Positions 63,314-64,000 of a DNA stretch of 64,000 bases are shown here, piece after piece. Under the pieces are notes generated by a model. That model searched no databases. It had not been told where the DNA came from and saw nothing but the letters and a program-made list of their open reading frames with translations. The position numbers and the translations under genes are program-made. This DNA comes from Moniliella sp. 'wahieum' (Eukaryota). Location: contig RSEE01000024.1 in assembly GCA_003971905.1 (NCBI GenBank), positions 434,001-498,000 on the forward strand, given 5' to 3'. Within the stretch, counting starts at the first letter, position 1. Each line of letters begins with the position of its first letter.

Positions 63314-64000
63314 TTAGAAGCACTTGCGGTGAACAATGGCCGGACCGGCCTCGTCGTACTCCTGCTTCGAAATCCACATTTGCTGGAACGTCGAAAGCGA
63401 AGCCAAGATCGAGCCACCAATCCAGACCGAGTACTTGCGCTCGGGGGGAGCGACAATCTTGACCTTCATCGACGAGGGCGTCAGAGCCGAGATCTCCTTC
63501 TGCATGCGGTCCGAGATGCCGGCATACATAGTCGTGCCACCCGACAGAACAATGTTGCCGTACAGGTCCTTACGAATGTCCATGTCACATTTGATGATGG
63601 ACGAGTAGGTGGTCTCGTGGATACCACGCGCTTCGAGGCCGAGGAACGAGGGCTGGAACAGCGCTTCCGGGCAGCGGAAGCGCTCGTTGCCAATCGTGAT
63701 CACTTGACCATCGGGCAACTCGTAGCTCTTCTCAAGTGCCGACGACTGAGCCGCGGTCTGCATCTCCTGCTCAAAGTCGAGCGCGACGTAGCAGAGCTTC
63801 TCCTTGATGTCACGCACAATTTCGCGTTCGGCCGTGGTGGTGAAGGGGTAGCCGCGCTCGAGCAAAAGCTTGACCAGGTGATCCGTCAGGTCGCGCCCGG
63901 CCAAGTCGAGACGCAGAATAGCGTGGGGCAGCGAGTAGCCCTCGTAGATGGGAACCGTGTGCGTCACACACCGTCACCCGAGTCGAGCACAATACCCGTG
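63314..64000 (-). CDS. ACT1: Actin, 3' part (5' end beyond the window)
   Basis: [69 protein letters not shown]. Confidence 0.97.

Noticed and set aside
1..64000. Frameshifts in ERV14, ETF-QO, STE7, THI20, METTL16, permease, SppA, actin and others as programmed recoding or pseudogenisation
   Set aside because: They are scattered 1-2 bp indels, often in homopolymers, in otherwise intact conserved genes. Uncorrected long-read error is the simplest explanation; polishing with short reads would test it.
1..64000. Functional cytoskeleton cluster (F-BAR, RHO1, SYLF, actin)
   Set aside because: The genes are spread over 64 kb among unrelated genes, which is compatible with chance without synteny data.

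Overview
Eukaryotic DNA from a GC-rich fungus, very probably a basidiomycete (inference: short GT[AG]CGT...CT[AG]AC...YAG introns, Fuz7-like MAPKK, acidic-tailed Rps19). Conserved genes found: F-BAR Cdc15/Hof1-like (partial), ERV14, SUMO, eIF2-alpha, RPS19, a histidine acid phosphatase/phytase, METTL16-like methyltransferase, an amino-acid/choline permease, ETF-ubiquinone oxidoreductase, RHO1, STE7/Fuz7 MAPKK, a PAP2 phosphatase, a THI20-like HMP kinase/TenA fusion, an SppA-like S49 protease, IES6, a 3-KH protein, a SYLF/Ysc84 protein and actin (partial). Between them lie a decayed Ty3/Gypsy internal region, three related solo-LTR-like elements with 5-bp target-site duplications, several Ser/Pro-rich orphan ORFs and a gene-poor degenerate stretch (about 48-61.8 kb). 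Many conserved genes show 1-2 bp frameshifts, most simply explained as long-read assembly indels. The most unusual signal is a window-wide set of tandem 7-bp interrupted palindromes, all of the form NNT-N-ANN, in non-coding DNA. Also notable are a 7-nt microexon with a GC-AG intron in RHO1, four consecutive microexons in SUMO, and an in-frame gag-TAG-protease junction. I found no CRISPR array, rRNA or tRNA. All homology calls are by eye; no searches were run.
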